A stretch of DNA of 64,000 nt, from the IMG/VR virus record IMGVR_UViG_3300025727_000009, positions 1 through 64,000 of that record; one strand, 5' to 3'. Source of the stretch: an uncultured virus (IMG/VR IMGVR_UViG_3300025727_000009). Lineage: Duplodnaviria > Heunggongvirae > Uroviricota > Caudoviricetes. The notes under the pieces were generated by a model that was not told where the DNA came from, searched no databases, and saw only the letters and a list, made by a program, of their open reading frames with translations. A program made the position numbers and the translations under genes. Shown one piece after another: positions 38,423-48,659 of the stretch (the stretch's first letter is position 1; each line of letters opens with the position of its first letter).

Positions 38423-39841
38423 GTGGCGGCAAACTGGGAACTTCAACTGGTGTCAGCCATCTTGTCCGCCGAGGACAGGAAGGAAGCGATGGCGTACGCG
38501 CTGGAGAATGGCATCAGGCTGGAGCTATTCGGCACCATGGCCCCGAGCACTGTGTGGGCCTGGATGCACAGCGTGTATACGAACCGGCGACGGTTTGGGG
38601 CTGTGCCTTCCCGCCAGAAGGCTTTGGAGCAGTTCAAAAACCTTGAGCTGCCTACGCCCATAGAGGAGCTAGAGACCCTTGTAGACTACGTCAAGTCCTC
38701 CCACATCCACCGTAAGACCACCTTGCTGGTGGCTGACTGGGAGGCCGAGGCCAAAGCCAACCCCATCCAGGCGCTCACGGAACTCAAGAGCAAGCTCGAC
38801 ACACTCACCGAAACCGAGATTAGGTCGGACGACGTCGTCTGGCGTGAGCGCGCGTTCACTGACCTACTGGAGAACCTTGGAGCGAAAGATGAGAACGCCG
38901 GCCTAACGGGGCTTCCTTTCCCGTGGGCGGTCATGAACGAGAACACCGGGGGACTTCAGCCAGGAGACCTTGTGCTCTTGTGGGCGCTGCCCAAGTCGAA
39001 AAAGACCTGGATAGGTCTCGTGATGGCGAACTACCTGATGGAGTGCGGGTACCGGGTCCTCGTCTACTCCAAGGAGATGGTGTGGGACAAGATTCGGGAC
39101 CGGATTGCCTGCATCAAAGCGATGATTGGATACGCAGGCTTCACGAAGAACACCCTGCGTGCCGATGAGCGCTTCAGGCTGCTTGCGGCTATTGAGCAGA
39201 CGGTCAGCGCTGAGTACCCCGGTGAACTCATCTTCACGAGCTGCGACAGGCCGGATGGGTCCGCTGGTGGCCCCGCAGAACTCCGGGCCAAGATCCAGAC
39301 GTACAAGCCGCACTTCGTCTTCCTGGACTCCAGCTACATGCTGGAGCTACCGGGGGTCAAAGACGCGTACGACTGGCGGGCCATCGCGGGAATTACCCGC
39401 GCTCTGAAGCAAATCAGCAAGTCCACGGGCATTCCCATGCTCGCCATCATGCAGGAGAACGAGCGCCTCGCGCTGAAGTACGGGAACAAGGGCCGCGGCA
39501 CGGCCTCCATCTCGATGTTCTCCAACATGATTCAGGACGCTGACGTTGGCATCCGGGTAGTCAACCATCCGACTCGCGATGAGACATCGCTGGTGATGGC
39601 CGCCTGCCGAGAGACCAACTGGCCGGGCTGTACCATCCACACCAAGCTCTGCCAGAACTTCGACTACGCGCACGACCATCTCTACGGTATCGAGGAGGTC
39701 AGCGATGCCGAGGAAGAGGGGATGCCCGACCCGCCAGAGGACCTGCCGGATATTCGACCTGGGGCCTCCTTCGCAGACCAGTACCTGAACCCCGACGCGG
39801 ACTTCGACCTGAATCCCACCGAGCCTGAACCCGAGGCGTAG
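38423..39841 (+). CDS. dnaB: Replicative DnaB-like helicase
   Basis: TGLPFPW..MN..TGGLQPGDL, ALPKSKKT, SKEM, FLDS, LKQIS and IQDAD motifs. Confidence 0.85.
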   Translation: MAANWELQLVSAILSAEDRKEAMAYALENGIRLELFGTMAPSTVWAWMHSVYTNRRRFGAVPSRQKALEQFKNLELPTPIEELETLVDYVKSSHIHRKTTLLVADWEAEAKANPIQALTELKSKLDTLTETEIRSDDVVWRERAFTDLLENLGAKDENAGLTGLPFPWAVMNENTGGLQPGDLVLLWALPKSKKTWIGLVMANYLMECGYRVLVYSKEMVWDKIRDRIACIKAMIGYAGFTKNTLRADERFRLLAAIEQTVSAEYPGELIFTSCDRPDGSAGGPAELRAKIQTYKPHFVFLDSSYMLELPGVKDAYDWRAIAGITRALKQISKSTGIPMLAIMQENERLALKYGNKGRGTASISMFSNMIQDADVGIRVVNHPTRDETSLVMAACRETNWPGCTIHTKLCQNFDYAHDHLYGIEEVSDAEEEGMPDPPEDLPDIRPGASFADQYLNPDADFDLNPTEPEPEA

Positions 39842-39843
39842 CC

Positions 39844-40863
39844 ATGCTGCTGTTCGACACCGTTGAGCTGCTGCGGCCATACATGCGCTTTGGGCACTAC
39901 GGCGAAGGTGCCCACGACCTTCCTGCCTACTGCCCGTTCCACGAGCGGAGTAGCCGCCCAACGCTCTACATCTACGTGGGGCCGCCCACTGATACCAAGT
40001 TCCCTGGGGCGGCGTTCTGCTTCAAGTGCAACGAAGGCTGGTCCCTCCCGGGCCTCCTCAGTGCAGTTGAGGCGCCGAGCAGCATCGTCAAGCAGGTCCG
40101 TGACCACCTGGGGCAGCTCCCGAAACCCAAGCGCGACCCTGGAAACCTAGTCGACCTGGAGATGGACACCCTGCCCGAAGCGCTGCTTGGGGCGTACGAG
40201 TTCATCCCCAAGGCCCTGCTCGACGACGGCTTCACCCGAGAGACCATCCAGCTCCACGACCTCGGGTTCGACCGGATGAAGAAGCGCATCACGTTTCCCA
40301 TCCGAAACCACCATGGCCAGTTCGTTGCCCTGTCGGGCCGGGCGGTCCGTGAGTGGGACCCCATGCGCTACAAGGTCTACACAGGGAAAGACTTTGGCAT
40401 CGGGCAGAAATACGACCCCCCGAAAGGGAAGGTGTTATGGGGGCTCGACAAGTTCTGGATGACCCGCCTCACGGCGGGAAAAGACCTGCCTCCCCTCATC
40501 CTATGTGAGGGGTTCAAAGCCAAGATGTGGGTCGAGCAAGCTGGGTTCCCGCACTCCGTCGCGTTGATGGGGACGTGGGTCACAAAAGAGCAGCTTTTCC
40601 TCTTGCAATGTATATCAAGCAGGATAATACTACTGCTTGACAATGACATCCCTGGCATCACCGCAGTCAACAAGCAAGCCGAGCGGCTCGTCCGCCAGGG
40701 GCTTGAACTGGAGTTTGGGAACTACGGCACCCGGGACGAAATCAGCCCGGACGACCTGAGCATCGAACGAGTGAACCAAGCCATCGATACGAGTCTCACT
40801 CTGCGCCAATGGAGAAACTTCCATGACGTCGAGCGGCCTCCGCTGAAGAAATACAATGAGTAA
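39844..40863 (+). CDS. dnaG: DNA primase (Zn finger + TOPRIM)
   Basis: CPFH...CFKC, RITFPI, SGR, CEG and DND..G motifs. Confidence 0.85.
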   Translation: MLLFDTVELLRPYMRFGHYGEGAHDLPAYCPFHERSSRPTLYIYVGPPTDTKFPGAAFCFKCNEGWSLPGLLSAVEAPSSIVKQVRDHLGQLPKPKRDPGNLVDLEMDTLPEALLGAYEFIPKALLDDGFTRETIQLHDLGFDRMKKRITFPIRNHHGQFVALSGRAVREWDPMRYKVYTGKDFGIGQKYDPPKGKVLWGLDKFWMTRLTAGKDLPPLILCEGFKAKMWVEQAGFPHSVALMGTWVTKEQLFLLQCISSRIILLLDNDIPGITAVNKQAERLVRQGLELEFGNYGTRDEISPDDLSIERVNQAIDTSLTLRQWRNFHDVERPPLKKYNE

Positions 40864-42097
40864 GGAAGGAGTCCCGTCCATGAGTACGTGGGCCGATTGG
40901 AGCGCGTCCAACAAGGATGCACAGCAGGCCGCTAAGGCCACCGTGAACAAGCGTCAAGGAACCCCGCCCATCTGGCGACTGCGTCAGGACTTGCGTTGGC
41001 GTCCGCAGGCTGACCCCGGGGCTGGTCAGCGGCACCCAAATGTAGCCGCCATCGAGTACGACCCCATCCGCATGCGCTTCGTCATGCAGGAGGATGGCCC
41101 CTGGACCCACCTGATGGGGAAGTGGGTGTGGGACGGCAAGCGTAACCGCTTCGTCATCTCCAACTCGTGGAACAACCAGAAGCCCGTCCCCTGTCTGCTC
41201 TGGTACGCCTGCGTCAGCGAGGGCGACGAGGAGGAGAAGCAGCGCTTCTTCGCGGACGACATGTACGCCCTGGAGGTCGAGCTTCTCGAAGACTTCCACG
41301 TCGAGCAGGTCCCCATGAAGAAGCAGGGCCGGTTCTACGAGAACTGGCACCGCTGCGAGGGCGTAGACGAAGACGGCAAGAGCCTCTGCAAGCGCTGCGA
41401 CGATGAAGGCGAGACGGTCTTCGGCCGGAAGGTCTTCGTCCTCTTCTTCGACCGCTCGAAGAAGCAGTTCGAGGAGATGATCGAGACCAAGGGCGACGCC
41501 TGCGCTGGGTGCCAGGAAGGCACCATCAACGTCTACGGCTACGTCTGCTCCAACGAGGCGTGTGACCACGTCTTCGGGCACAAGAAGAACGGCCCGGAGT
41601 ACACGGAGCACGAGGCGAAGGCGTGGGAGGAGAATGAGGTCAAGTGCCCCAAGTGCAAGGAAGAGGATTGGCCGACTCCGCTGTTCCGCTGCCTCCACCG
41701 GAAGGGGTACGGGAAGAACCGCAAGTGGGTGGCTGGCTGCGACGAGCCCATCTACGAGAACCCGTGGGCCTACACCTACCTCATCAAGACCACCAAGGCA
41801 GGGCGGTCGGACTCCTACGCCATCGAGGGGTTTGAGTTCATCGAGGACGGCGACCTGCCCGAGCTGACTGGCATCCCCGCGGCACTGCGGGAGCTGGACA
41901 TGGAAGAGCTTCTGGGGCGCATCGACCTCAAGAGCCAGAAGTTCGCGCTCAACCTGGATTCCACCCCGTTCGACCTCGACGACGCACAGCAGGTGCTCGA
42001 CCGCTTCTTCGCGGCCGATGCTGACGTCGAAGACGCGGACTCCATCCCCATCGAAGACGGCGACATGCCCGACATCGACGACCCGACCCCCTACTGA
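40856..42097 (+). CDS. Cys-rich protein with acidic tail (ssDNA-binding candidate)
   Basis: Between primase and polymerase; several CxxC pairs and a D/E-rich C-terminus. Confidence 0.45.
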   Translation: MSKEGVPSMSTWADWSASNKDAQQAAKATVNKRQGTPPIWRLRQDLRWRPQADPGAGQRHPNVAAIEYDPIRMRFVMQEDGPWTHLMGKWVWDGKRNRFVISNSWNNQKPVPCLLWYACVSEGDEEEKQRFFADDMYALEVELLEDFHVEQVPMKKQGRFYENWHRCEGVDEDGKSLCKRCDDEGETVFGRKVFVLFFDRSKKQFEEMIETKGDACAGCQEGTINVYGYVCSNEACDHVFGHKKNGPEYTEHEAKAWEENEVKCPKCKEEDWPTPLFRCLHRKGYGKNRKWVAGCDEPIYENPWAYTYLIKTTKAGRSDSYAIEGFEFIEDGDLPELTGIPAALRELDMEELLGRIDLKSQKFALNLDSTPFDLDDAQQVLDRFFAADADVEDADSIPIEDGDMPDIDDPTPY

Positions 42098-42109
42098 CCG
42101 GAGTACCCC

Positions 42110-44908
42110 TTGGGTAAGTTCGCCGTCCTTCCTCCTACCATGCTCATCAAGACGCGGCAGGAGGCCGAAGTCGCCCTCGCCCAGCTGCGCATTGGGAAGG
42201 GCGGCAAGCGCTCTCGCGTAGTCGCGATTGACACTGAGACCACCGGCTTGAGCCGGCAACGCGACTACGCGCTCATCATGAGCCTTTCTACCGGGCCGAA
42301 CCGCTACGCGATATGGCCCGAGGCGTTCTCCTACTTCACGGAGTACCTAGAAGACCCTGAGCTACAGCTGCTCATGTGGAACGCCAACTTCGACACCTGG
42401 ATGCTGCGGAACGCCGGCATCGACATCTACCGCAACTGCGACCGCACGACCTACCGCGTCTTCGACGCCATGATTATGCACGCGCTGGATTACGACGACC
42501 GGCCGCACACACTGAAGTACGCAGCCAAGGAGATGCTCGGCATCGTTATGGTGGACTTCAAGGCCACCTTCGGCGCGCAGATGCGCACCCGGAAGCTGCA
42601 CGAGATATTCCTGGACCCCGCCAATGAGCCTGTCGTGGCGAACTACGCGGGGCTCGACGCCTACTCAACCTTCGCCCTGGCAGTCGCGCTCCAGAAGAAA
42701 CTATTAGCGACTAATACTGGTGTCGAGGAGTACCCCACCCTGTGGGACTACTTCCGGCACACCGAGGTCCCCTTCACCCGGGTCCTCTTCGAGTGCGAGA
42801 GCAACGGCATCGGGCTGGACAAGCACCGGCTCATCGCAATCGCGCCTGAACTCGACCGCAAGATGATTGCCCTCATGCGGTGGTTCGTGAAGAAGACCAA
42901 GAAGGTGGGCATCAACCTCAACTCAAACCCGCAGATGATTGAGCTGTTCTTTGGGGACCTGGGGTACAACCCCCCCTCGTACACCGAGAAAGGTGCCCCA
43001 CAGCTCCCGCAGAAGTGGTTGTCGCGCATCGCTTCTGATGGTTGTGTCTACGCGGACAAGTTGCTCGCCTACCGCGACCTGAAGAAGAAGCAAGCCACCT
43101 ACGTGCGTGGGCTGCTCAAGTTGGAGCACCGCGGGCGCATCCACACCACGTACAAGCAAGCTGGTGCTCGTACCGGCCGCCTATCGAGCGCGGATCCGAA
43201 TTTACAAAATCAACCTGGGTACATCCGCTTCGCCTACATCGCGGGCGAAGAAAAAGTACTAATTGCTAGGGATTACTGCTTCGCAACCGGCACCCTGGTT
43301 GACACCCCGCTCGGCCCTCGGCCGATTGAATCTTTGCAGGTGGGGGACCCTGTCTTCTCCTACGACCCTGACAGGCGGGTTCCTGTAGTAGGTACCGTAG
43401 ATGAGCACCACGCTGTCGGCGTTGAGCCCGTCGTTGAGATTGAGCTGGACAACGGAGAGCGGATTGTCTGCACGGGCGAGCACAAGTTCATGGTTTGTCC
43501 TGAGAAGTACGTGGCAGACCCCATTGGCGTAGAGGCGCAGGACCTAATCCCTGGAATGCGCCTGCTTCCTCTGCGGAGGGCGTACGGGGGGACGAACCGA
43601 AATTACGAGCATCTCTACGCCCATCAAGCGGTCGTTTATTCCAAGACGCACACAGAGGTAGCGGCCTGGGCGATGGGCGCCCGCCCTGAGGGCTACCACA
43701 CGCACCACAAGGACGGAGACAGCCTAAACAACCACCCCGATAACCTGGAGTACCTGGACGCCCGCCTGCACCTCTCCGAGCACGCGAAGGAGTCTTGTAC
43801 GCGTCAATGGCGGGACCCTGAGACGCGTGCAGCCATGCAGTCGGGTATCCGTCAGAGCATCGCCGACCGTGGGGGCTACAACGGGAAAAACAATCCCCGT
43901 CATGGCGACCGTAGGGGGCGGGTGTACACCGCCTGCCTGTTCTGTGACCAACCGATAGAGACATTCGCTTCTACGAAGAAGAAGTACTGCTCCCGTACCT
44001 GTTACTTCGACCACAAAAGACAGGGAGGAAACCACAAGGTCGTAGCTGTCCGGCAGCTGCAAGTAAACCAGCAGGTGTGGAGCATCGGAGTAGCGCCGCA
44101 CAGAAACTACGCGCTGGCTGCAGGGGTCTTCGTAAAGAACAGCCAACTGGAGATGCGCATCGTCGCGCACTTCAGCCAGGAGCCCAATCTCATCCAGGCT
44201 ATCCGTAGTGGGCAGGATGTCCACTGCTCCTGCGCCGCGCTCATGTTCAAGCTGCCTTACGACGAAATCATGGCAGCTCGGGCACGGGACGACGAGATCG
44301 ACGAACTGAAAAAGGCCGGGCACCCGTACGAGCCGCTGAGTCCCCGAGAGATAGAGTGCCTCACGGCCCGGAAGGCGGCCAAGGCCATCAACTTCGGCCT
44401 GATTTACGGCATGGGTCCGCAGAAGCTCAGCCGAGAGCTGCGGGTCAAGGTGGAGGTCGCCAAGGACTACATCCGCACGTACTTCCAGCAGATGCCCGGG
44501 GTGCAGGACCACCTTCGTCGGGTCATTGGTTTAGCCGAAGAGTCCGGGGTAGTCACCACCATTCTCGGTCGGCGGCGGCAAATCCCGGGCATCTGGTCCC
44601 ACCTACGCGGGGATATCGCCCAGGCGGAACGCCGCGCCAAGAACACTCCCATCCAGGGGACCGCGGCGGACGTCACCAAGATGGCCATGATTAAGACCTA
44701 CGAGGATGACTGGCTCTACGAGATGGGCTACCGCATGCTCCTACAGGTCCACGATGAAATCGTCGGGGAGGCCCCAATCTCCGCGGCTCGTAATCCCCGT
44801 TTTGTTGGACGCCTCCAGCACCATATGGAACACTCGTTGCCATATGACCTGCTGGTCCCCCTAGACACCACCGGAAAAGACGCGGCCGACTGGGCTGGGT
44901 GCAAGTAA
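42110..44908 (+). CDS. polA: Family A DNA polymerase with 3'-5' exonuclease and an intein
   Basis: DTETTG, NANFD, YAGLD, TGRLSS..PNLQN, DY|SQLEMR, KAINFGLIYG, IQGTAAD and QVHDE motifs. Confidence 0.95.
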   Translation: MGKFAVLPPTMLIKTRQEAEVALAQLRIGKGGKRSRVVAIDTETTGLSRQRDYALIMSLSTGPNRYAIWPEAFSYFTEYLEDPELQLLMWNANFDTWMLRNAGIDIYRNCDRTTYRVFDAMIMHALDYDDRPHTLKYAAKEMLGIVMVDFKATFGAQMRTRKLHEIFLDPANEPVVANYAGLDAYSTFALAVALQKKLLATNTGVEEYPTLWDYFRHTEVPFTRVLFECESNGIGLDKHRLIAIAPELDRKMIALMRWFVKKTKKVGINLNSNPQMIELFFGDLGYNPPSYTEKGAPQLPQKWLSRIASDGCVYADKLLAYRDLKKKQATYVRGLLKLEHRGRIHTTYKQAGARTGRLSSADPNLQNQPGYIRFAYIAGEEKVLIARDYCFATGTLVDTPLGPRPIESLQVGDPVFSYDPDRRVPVVGTVDEHHAVGVEPVVEIELDNGERIVCTGEHKFMVCPEKYVADPIGVEAQDLIPGMRLLPLRRAYGGTNRNYEHLYAHQAVVYSKTHTEVAAWAMGARPEGYHTHHKDGDSLNNHPDNLEYLDARLHLSEHAKESCTRQWRDPETRAAMQSGIRQSIADRGGYNGKNNPRHGDRRGRVYTACLFCDQPIETFASTKKKYCSRTCYFDHKRQGGNHKVVAVRQLQVNQQVWSIGVAPHRNYALAAGVFVKNSQLEMRIVAHFSQEPNLIQAIRSGQDVHCSCAALMFKLPYDEIMAARARDDEIDELKKAGHPYEPLSPREIECLTARKAAKAINFGLIYGMGPQKLSRELRVKVEVAKDYIRTYFQQMPGVQDHLRRVIGLAEESGVVTTILGRRRQIPGIWSHLRGDIAQAERRAKNTPIQGTAADVTKMAMIKTYEDDWLYEMGYRMLLQVHDEIVGEAPISAARNPRFVGRLQHHMEHSLPYDLLVPLDTTGKDAADWAGCK
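42702..42716. repeat. Dispersed palindrome TATTAGCGACTAATA
   Basis: Inside polA, read as LLATNT. Confidence 0.9.
43277..44140 (+). mobile_element. Intein with HNH endonuclease in PolA motif A (288 aa)
   Basis: DY|CFATGT...CTGEHKF...HHKDGDSLNNHPDNL...VFVKN|SQLE. Confidence 0.9.
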
Positions 44909-44918
44909 GGAGCCGCCC

Positions 44919-45224
44919 ATGATGGGACGAGTTTGTGACATCTGCCATGGGGCTAGGAGCGTCCCGACAAATCCCGTCTGCCCTGCGTGCAATGGCACGG
45001 GGACCTCCGAGGCTAGGGGACAGATATCCCCGCTCCACACGATAGGACCGGGGGTTGGACGGATAGGCACAGTCTGCCCGACTTGCGGGTACGTCTCTGA
45101 GGTTGGCAGCGCCCACGTCTGTCTTCCGCTTGTCCTCGACATGATGAGGGCTGACCCCGCCTTCATGCGCGAACTCGCGATGATGGTCGACCAAGTCCGC
45201 AACGAGGAGCACATCGATGAGTGA
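44919..45224 (+). CDS. Small Zn-ribbon protein
   Basis: CDICHG, CPACNGTG and CPTC; AGGAG RBS. Confidence 0.55.
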   Translation: MMGRVCDICHGARSVPTNPVCPACNGTGTSEARGQISPLHTIGPGVGRIGTVCPTCGYVSEVGSAHVCLPLVLDMMRADPAFMRELAMMVDQVRNEEHIDE

Positions 45225-45459
45225 CTTGCCCGACCCGCCATACTCGATGGGCTGTCGAGTGGTGCCTACCACCTGCAGCCTTTGCGAGCGGGAGGTTACC
45301 CCTGGAAAAGAGGAGCTTCACCGGAGCCTCTGTGAGCTGACCGCGTCCCTGCTAACCGGCATGCTCAACCGCCCCAGCTACGCCCGGCAGATTTTCCCTG
45401 TAACGGAACTCCCGCCGGAAGAGCTTGTGGACCTGGAGGGGGTACATGAGGACGTCTGA
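45217..45459 (+). CDS. Hypothetical protein
   Basis: Overlaps the upstream stop; GAGGAG RBS. Confidence 0.45.
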   Translation: MSDLPDPPYSMGCRVVPTTCSLCEREVTPGKEELHRSLCELTASLLTGMLNRPSYARQIFPVTELPPEELVDLEGVHEDV

Positions 45460-46030
45460 CTACCCGAAGGAGCCCTTTACCGCGCCGCCGGCACTCACCC
45501 TGCTCGACTACAAGGGGCGGAAGGTGGGTGTGCTCGCGGAGCTTGCGCTAAACCAGCGCTACCCCGACCCCATCTGGGGCCTGGGTACGGGGGGATTCAT
45601 GCAACACCCCGCCCACACGAAGCCCGACACAGAGCTGCGTATCCAGCGGCTCATGATCTCTGAGAGATGGGTTCGTGGGCTCAAAGCCGACATCAAGTGG
45701 TTCCGCGAAATCGGAGAGAAGGCAGAAGCGGCGGAGATGGAGTCGGACGGCTGGGCTGGTGGGGCGCCCTTCAGCATCGGCCCAACGGATGCAGCGCACC
45801 CCACTGAGCTGGAGGGCTTGCTGCTCCTTCCGACGAGCTTCAACTACACGGTGACCACCAACGGCGACATGCGCATCATCGAAGACGTCAAATTCCTCGG
45901 GCTCAGACTCCCCGAGGCAATCCGCATGTCCACAGGCAACCCCCGTATGGCTCACGCCGTGAAGAGATTTACTGACGCCCTACTTCCGCGTAGGCCGTCC
46001 CTGGACGAGACGATGCACGAGGATATCTAG
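45446..46030 (+). CDS. Hypothetical protein
   Basis: ATG at 45446 with GGAGG upstream. Confidence 0.55.
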   Translation: MRTSDYPKEPFTAPPALTLLDYKGRKVGVLAELALNQRYPDPIWGLGTGGFMQHPAHTKPDTELRIQRLMISERWVRGLKADIKWFREIGEKAEAAEMESDGWAGGAPFSIGPTDAAHPTELEGLLLLPTSFNYTVTTNGDMRIIEDVKFLGLRLPEAIRMSTGNPRMAHAVKRFTDALLPRRPSLDETMHEDI

Positions 46031-46031
46031 T

Positions 46032-46292
46032 GTGACCGAGAACAACCTGCGGATTCTGGAGATTGGCGGACGGCACATTCCTGTCACCACCACACGGGGC
46101 CGCGCACCCGGGAAGGAGCATTCGATGACTATGGAAAAGTACGGGGTCGACACCGAGAAGGCGGAAGAGCTGGTCCGGCGGAAGCTGGCGAAGGACACGT
46201 CTGAGGGCCTGGAGAAGGTCGCGAGCGGTGAGGCCGACAAGCTCATCGACGATGACAAGAAGAAGGACGACGAGGATGGAGACGGCAGCTGA
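46032..46292 (+). CDS. Small hypothetical protein (may start at MTMEKYG)
   Basis: AAGGAG precedes an internal ATG; contains EKVAS. Confidence 0.45.
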   Translation: MTENNLRILEIGGRHIPVTTTRGRAPGKEHSMTMEKYGVDTEKAEELVRRKLAKDTSEGLEKVASGEADKLIDDDKKKDDEDGDGS

Positions 46293-46671
46293 GCGGAAAA
46301 CCCGTGGGTGCACCCCTTGCACCGTCTGCGAGACGATGGACTGCATCTGGTTGGGTGGTTGGGGTGCGCCGAACGACCGTCCTGACCTGAGCGGTATCCG
46401 CCTCGACAAGATGGAGTACAGCGAGAAGTTCAACGGGTCGATTGTGACGGTCACCCCGACCACGGAAGACGGGGCGCGGTCCAAGCAGGGGCATTACCTC
46501 ATCGGGCGGTTACTCCAGGAGGAGGGAGTCGAAGCAGTCATAGAGGTCCAGGCGGACGGTCGGCAGGTCCTCATTGGGCATGACGCCATCAAGCGTAGGG
46601 CGGACATGGTGTTGAAGCGGCGTGAGCGACGGAAGCGGCGACGGGTCCGCACCAAAATCATAAGGGGTTAA
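46228..46671 (+). CDS. Hypothetical Cys-containing protein (likely starts at METAAERK)
   Basis: CTPCTVC..C cluster and a basic C-terminus. Confidence 0.45.
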   Translation: MRPTSSSTMTRRRTTRMETAAERKTRGCTPCTVCETMDCIWLGGWGAPNDRPDLSGIRLDKMEYSEKFNGSIVTVTPTTEDGARSKQGHYLIGRLLQEEGVEAVIEVQADGRQVLIGHDAIKRRADMVLKRRERRKRRRVRTKIIRG

Positions 46672-46673
46672 GT

Positions 46674-47867
46674 GTGGCGAAGGGTAGAAGCAAGTTCGAC
46701 AAGCTCCGAGCGAAGATCGAGAAAGACATGAAGGGGGCCGTCCGCATCCAGGATGTAGAGGACGTCACTGCTCCTTTCCACCTTCGTCGGCCCAGCGGTG
46801 TCCTCAACCTGGACATCGGGACAGACGGCGGGATGCCTGGGGGTTCCATCGTCCAGCTCCATGGCAGGGACGGAGTCAGCAAGACCGGGCTCAGCTTCCA
46901 TTATTGCGCCGAGAACCAGCGCGTCTACGGTGCGGAGTCCGCCATCTTCGTTGCGTCGTTCGGGTACAAGCCGGACCTGAACTACATGCGCATGTGCGGG
47001 ATGCGGCTGGCTCTCAGTGACCAGGAGGTCCTTGAGGCCGGGTACACCCTGGAGGACGTGCCTGCTGCGGTCCGTGGGGAGACTATCGGGGAGGTGTTCT
47101 TCCTCGACCTGGGCTTGGTCAACATCGCCGCGGAAGCTCCTGCAGAGACAATCTTCGCCGCAGCGGCGTCGTTGGTGGAGTCGGGGATGTTCCAGCTGGG
47201 TGTCGTTGACGAGTTCGGCTCCGGTGAAACGAAGGACGTCGTCGTGAAGGGCCTGGAGGAGACCGTGAAGGTCGCCGCTTGGGCCAGCCTCGTCACCCGC
47301 TTCTGCCAGCGGATGTACACCATTCTCCGGATACCGCTGGAAGACGGTAGTCCGAACGCCACCACGCTCTTTGTCCTCAACCCCGCTCGCGCTGCAGGCG
47401 TTGGCGGTAGCGGTGGCAGGGTGAAGCCCGGGTATGTGCCCCCGGACAACATGACCTCCGGCTTCGCACTGAAGCACGCCAAGGCTGTCGACATCCTCCT
47501 CAAGAGCGGTGCCCAGGTAAAGCAGGGCAAGAACCGCGTCGGCAAGCAGGTGCACTGGCGCATCATCAAGGGGAAGCACGGGCTCCATGAGGGGCTCAGT
47601 GGTACCTACGTGTGGCTGGACGGCGAGGGCATCGACATGGTGACCGAGCTGGCCAATGCCGCCAAGACGTTCGACACCATCCATCGGGCCGGACGGTGGT
47701 GGCGCATCTTGGATTACGAGGACAAGATCGAGGGCGGCTTGGAGGGCGTGATTGACCTACTACGAGAAGAGCCCGAGCTGTATCAGGAGCTGTACGAGAA
47801 GACCATCGCAGAGGCCCAGGACTCGCTCATCCTGGACGACGACGACTCAATCCACGAAGACAAGTAG
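46674..47867 (+). CDS. recA: RecA-like recombinase
   Basis: PSG...LD...GGMPGGSIVQLHG..GVSKT, VVDE and SGFALKH motifs. Confidence 0.8.
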   Translation: MAKGRSKFDKLRAKIEKDMKGAVRIQDVEDVTAPFHLRRPSGVLNLDIGTDGGMPGGSIVQLHGRDGVSKTGLSFHYCAENQRVYGAESAIFVASFGYKPDLNYMRMCGMRLALSDQEVLEAGYTLEDVPAAVRGETIGEVFFLDLGLVNIAAEAPAETIFAAAASLVESGMFQLGVVDEFGSGETKDVVVKGLEETVKVAAWASLVTRFCQRMYTILRIPLEDGSPNATTLFVLNPARAAGVGGSGGRVKPGYVPPDNMTSGFALKHAKAVDILLKSGAQVKQGKNRVGKQVHWRIIKGKHGLHEGLSGTYVWLDGEGIDMVTELANAAKTFDTIHRAGRWWRILDYEDKIEGGLEGVIDLLREEPELYQELYEKTIAEAQDSLILDDDDSIHEDK

Positions 47868-47885
47868 CCGACAGAGGGGGGCGCG

Positions 47886-48659
47886 GTGAAGGTGCTCATT
47901 CGTACCACCAAGGGTACAACGAAGCAGGTAACGGGCAGGCCCTTGGTACGCGGATTGGCGTTCCATCCTTCCCTCTCAAACACGCCGACCAACGGCAACC
48001 TGCACAACATCACACACTTGGAGAGCGGGCTATCCGTGCTCCACCAAGTTCCGCATGACGCGATACCCCGGATAGCTGAGATGCTCGCGGTGGTGAGCTG
48101 GGATACCAGCTCTTCCATCATCTTCGACTCGGCCGAGCACACCAACACCCTGGAAGACTGCCTGGAGTTCCTCGTGGCATACAAACATCGATTCAGCCAA
48201 CGCTGTGAGGCGGATGTAGCCAAGGACCTGGGTGGCAAGGTCCAGCCTGCGAGCGGGTCGCTCCCCGGCTATAAGCGGGACATCCTCACCGCGGACATCC
48301 TGGCCGAGCACAAGACCTCCGAGCCGGGGTCGCAGTCGGCCGACTACCGGGATGTCGACCTGAGGGACCTTGAGTTCCATAGACGTCAGGCGCTCAGCAT
48401 CGGCAAGGTGCCCGCCTACATCTTCGCCTTCGAGGGTCAGGACAGCATCGTGTTCCTCCCCGCGGATGAACTCGACGACGATTTGGCGGGCATGAACTTC
48501 CACGAGGTCGACGTTTCCTCGCAGGTGGTTTGGCGGCTGCACAGGGCGACCGGCCTGAAGCTGAACGAGACCACTTGGCTCAAGCTGATTCTCGCCAAGC
48601 GGGTCTGGCTGGGTGTGCCCTACCTGGACTTTCTGGAACTGGCGAAAGGCAACTTCTGA
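47886..48659 (+). CDS. PD-(D/E)XK nuclease (Holliday junction resolvase-like)
   Basis: E..VAK.LGG..QPASG....RDI...EHKT motif. Confidence 0.55.
   Translation: MKVLIRTTKGTTKQVTGRPLVRGLAFHPSLSNTPTNGNLHNITHLESGLSVLHQVPHDAIPRIAEMLAVVSWDTSSSIIFDSAEHTNTLEDCLEFLVAYKHRFSQRCEADVAKDLGGKVQPASGSLPGYKRDILTADILAEHKTSEPGSQSADYRDVDLRDLEFHRRQALSIGKVPAYIFAFEGQDSIVFLPADELDDDLAGMNFHEVDVSSQVVWRLHRATGLKLNETTWLKLILAKRVWLGVPYLDFLELAKGNF

Noticed and set aside
40796..42259. 487-aa minus-strand ORF
   Set aside because: Antisense to the co-oriented replication operon.
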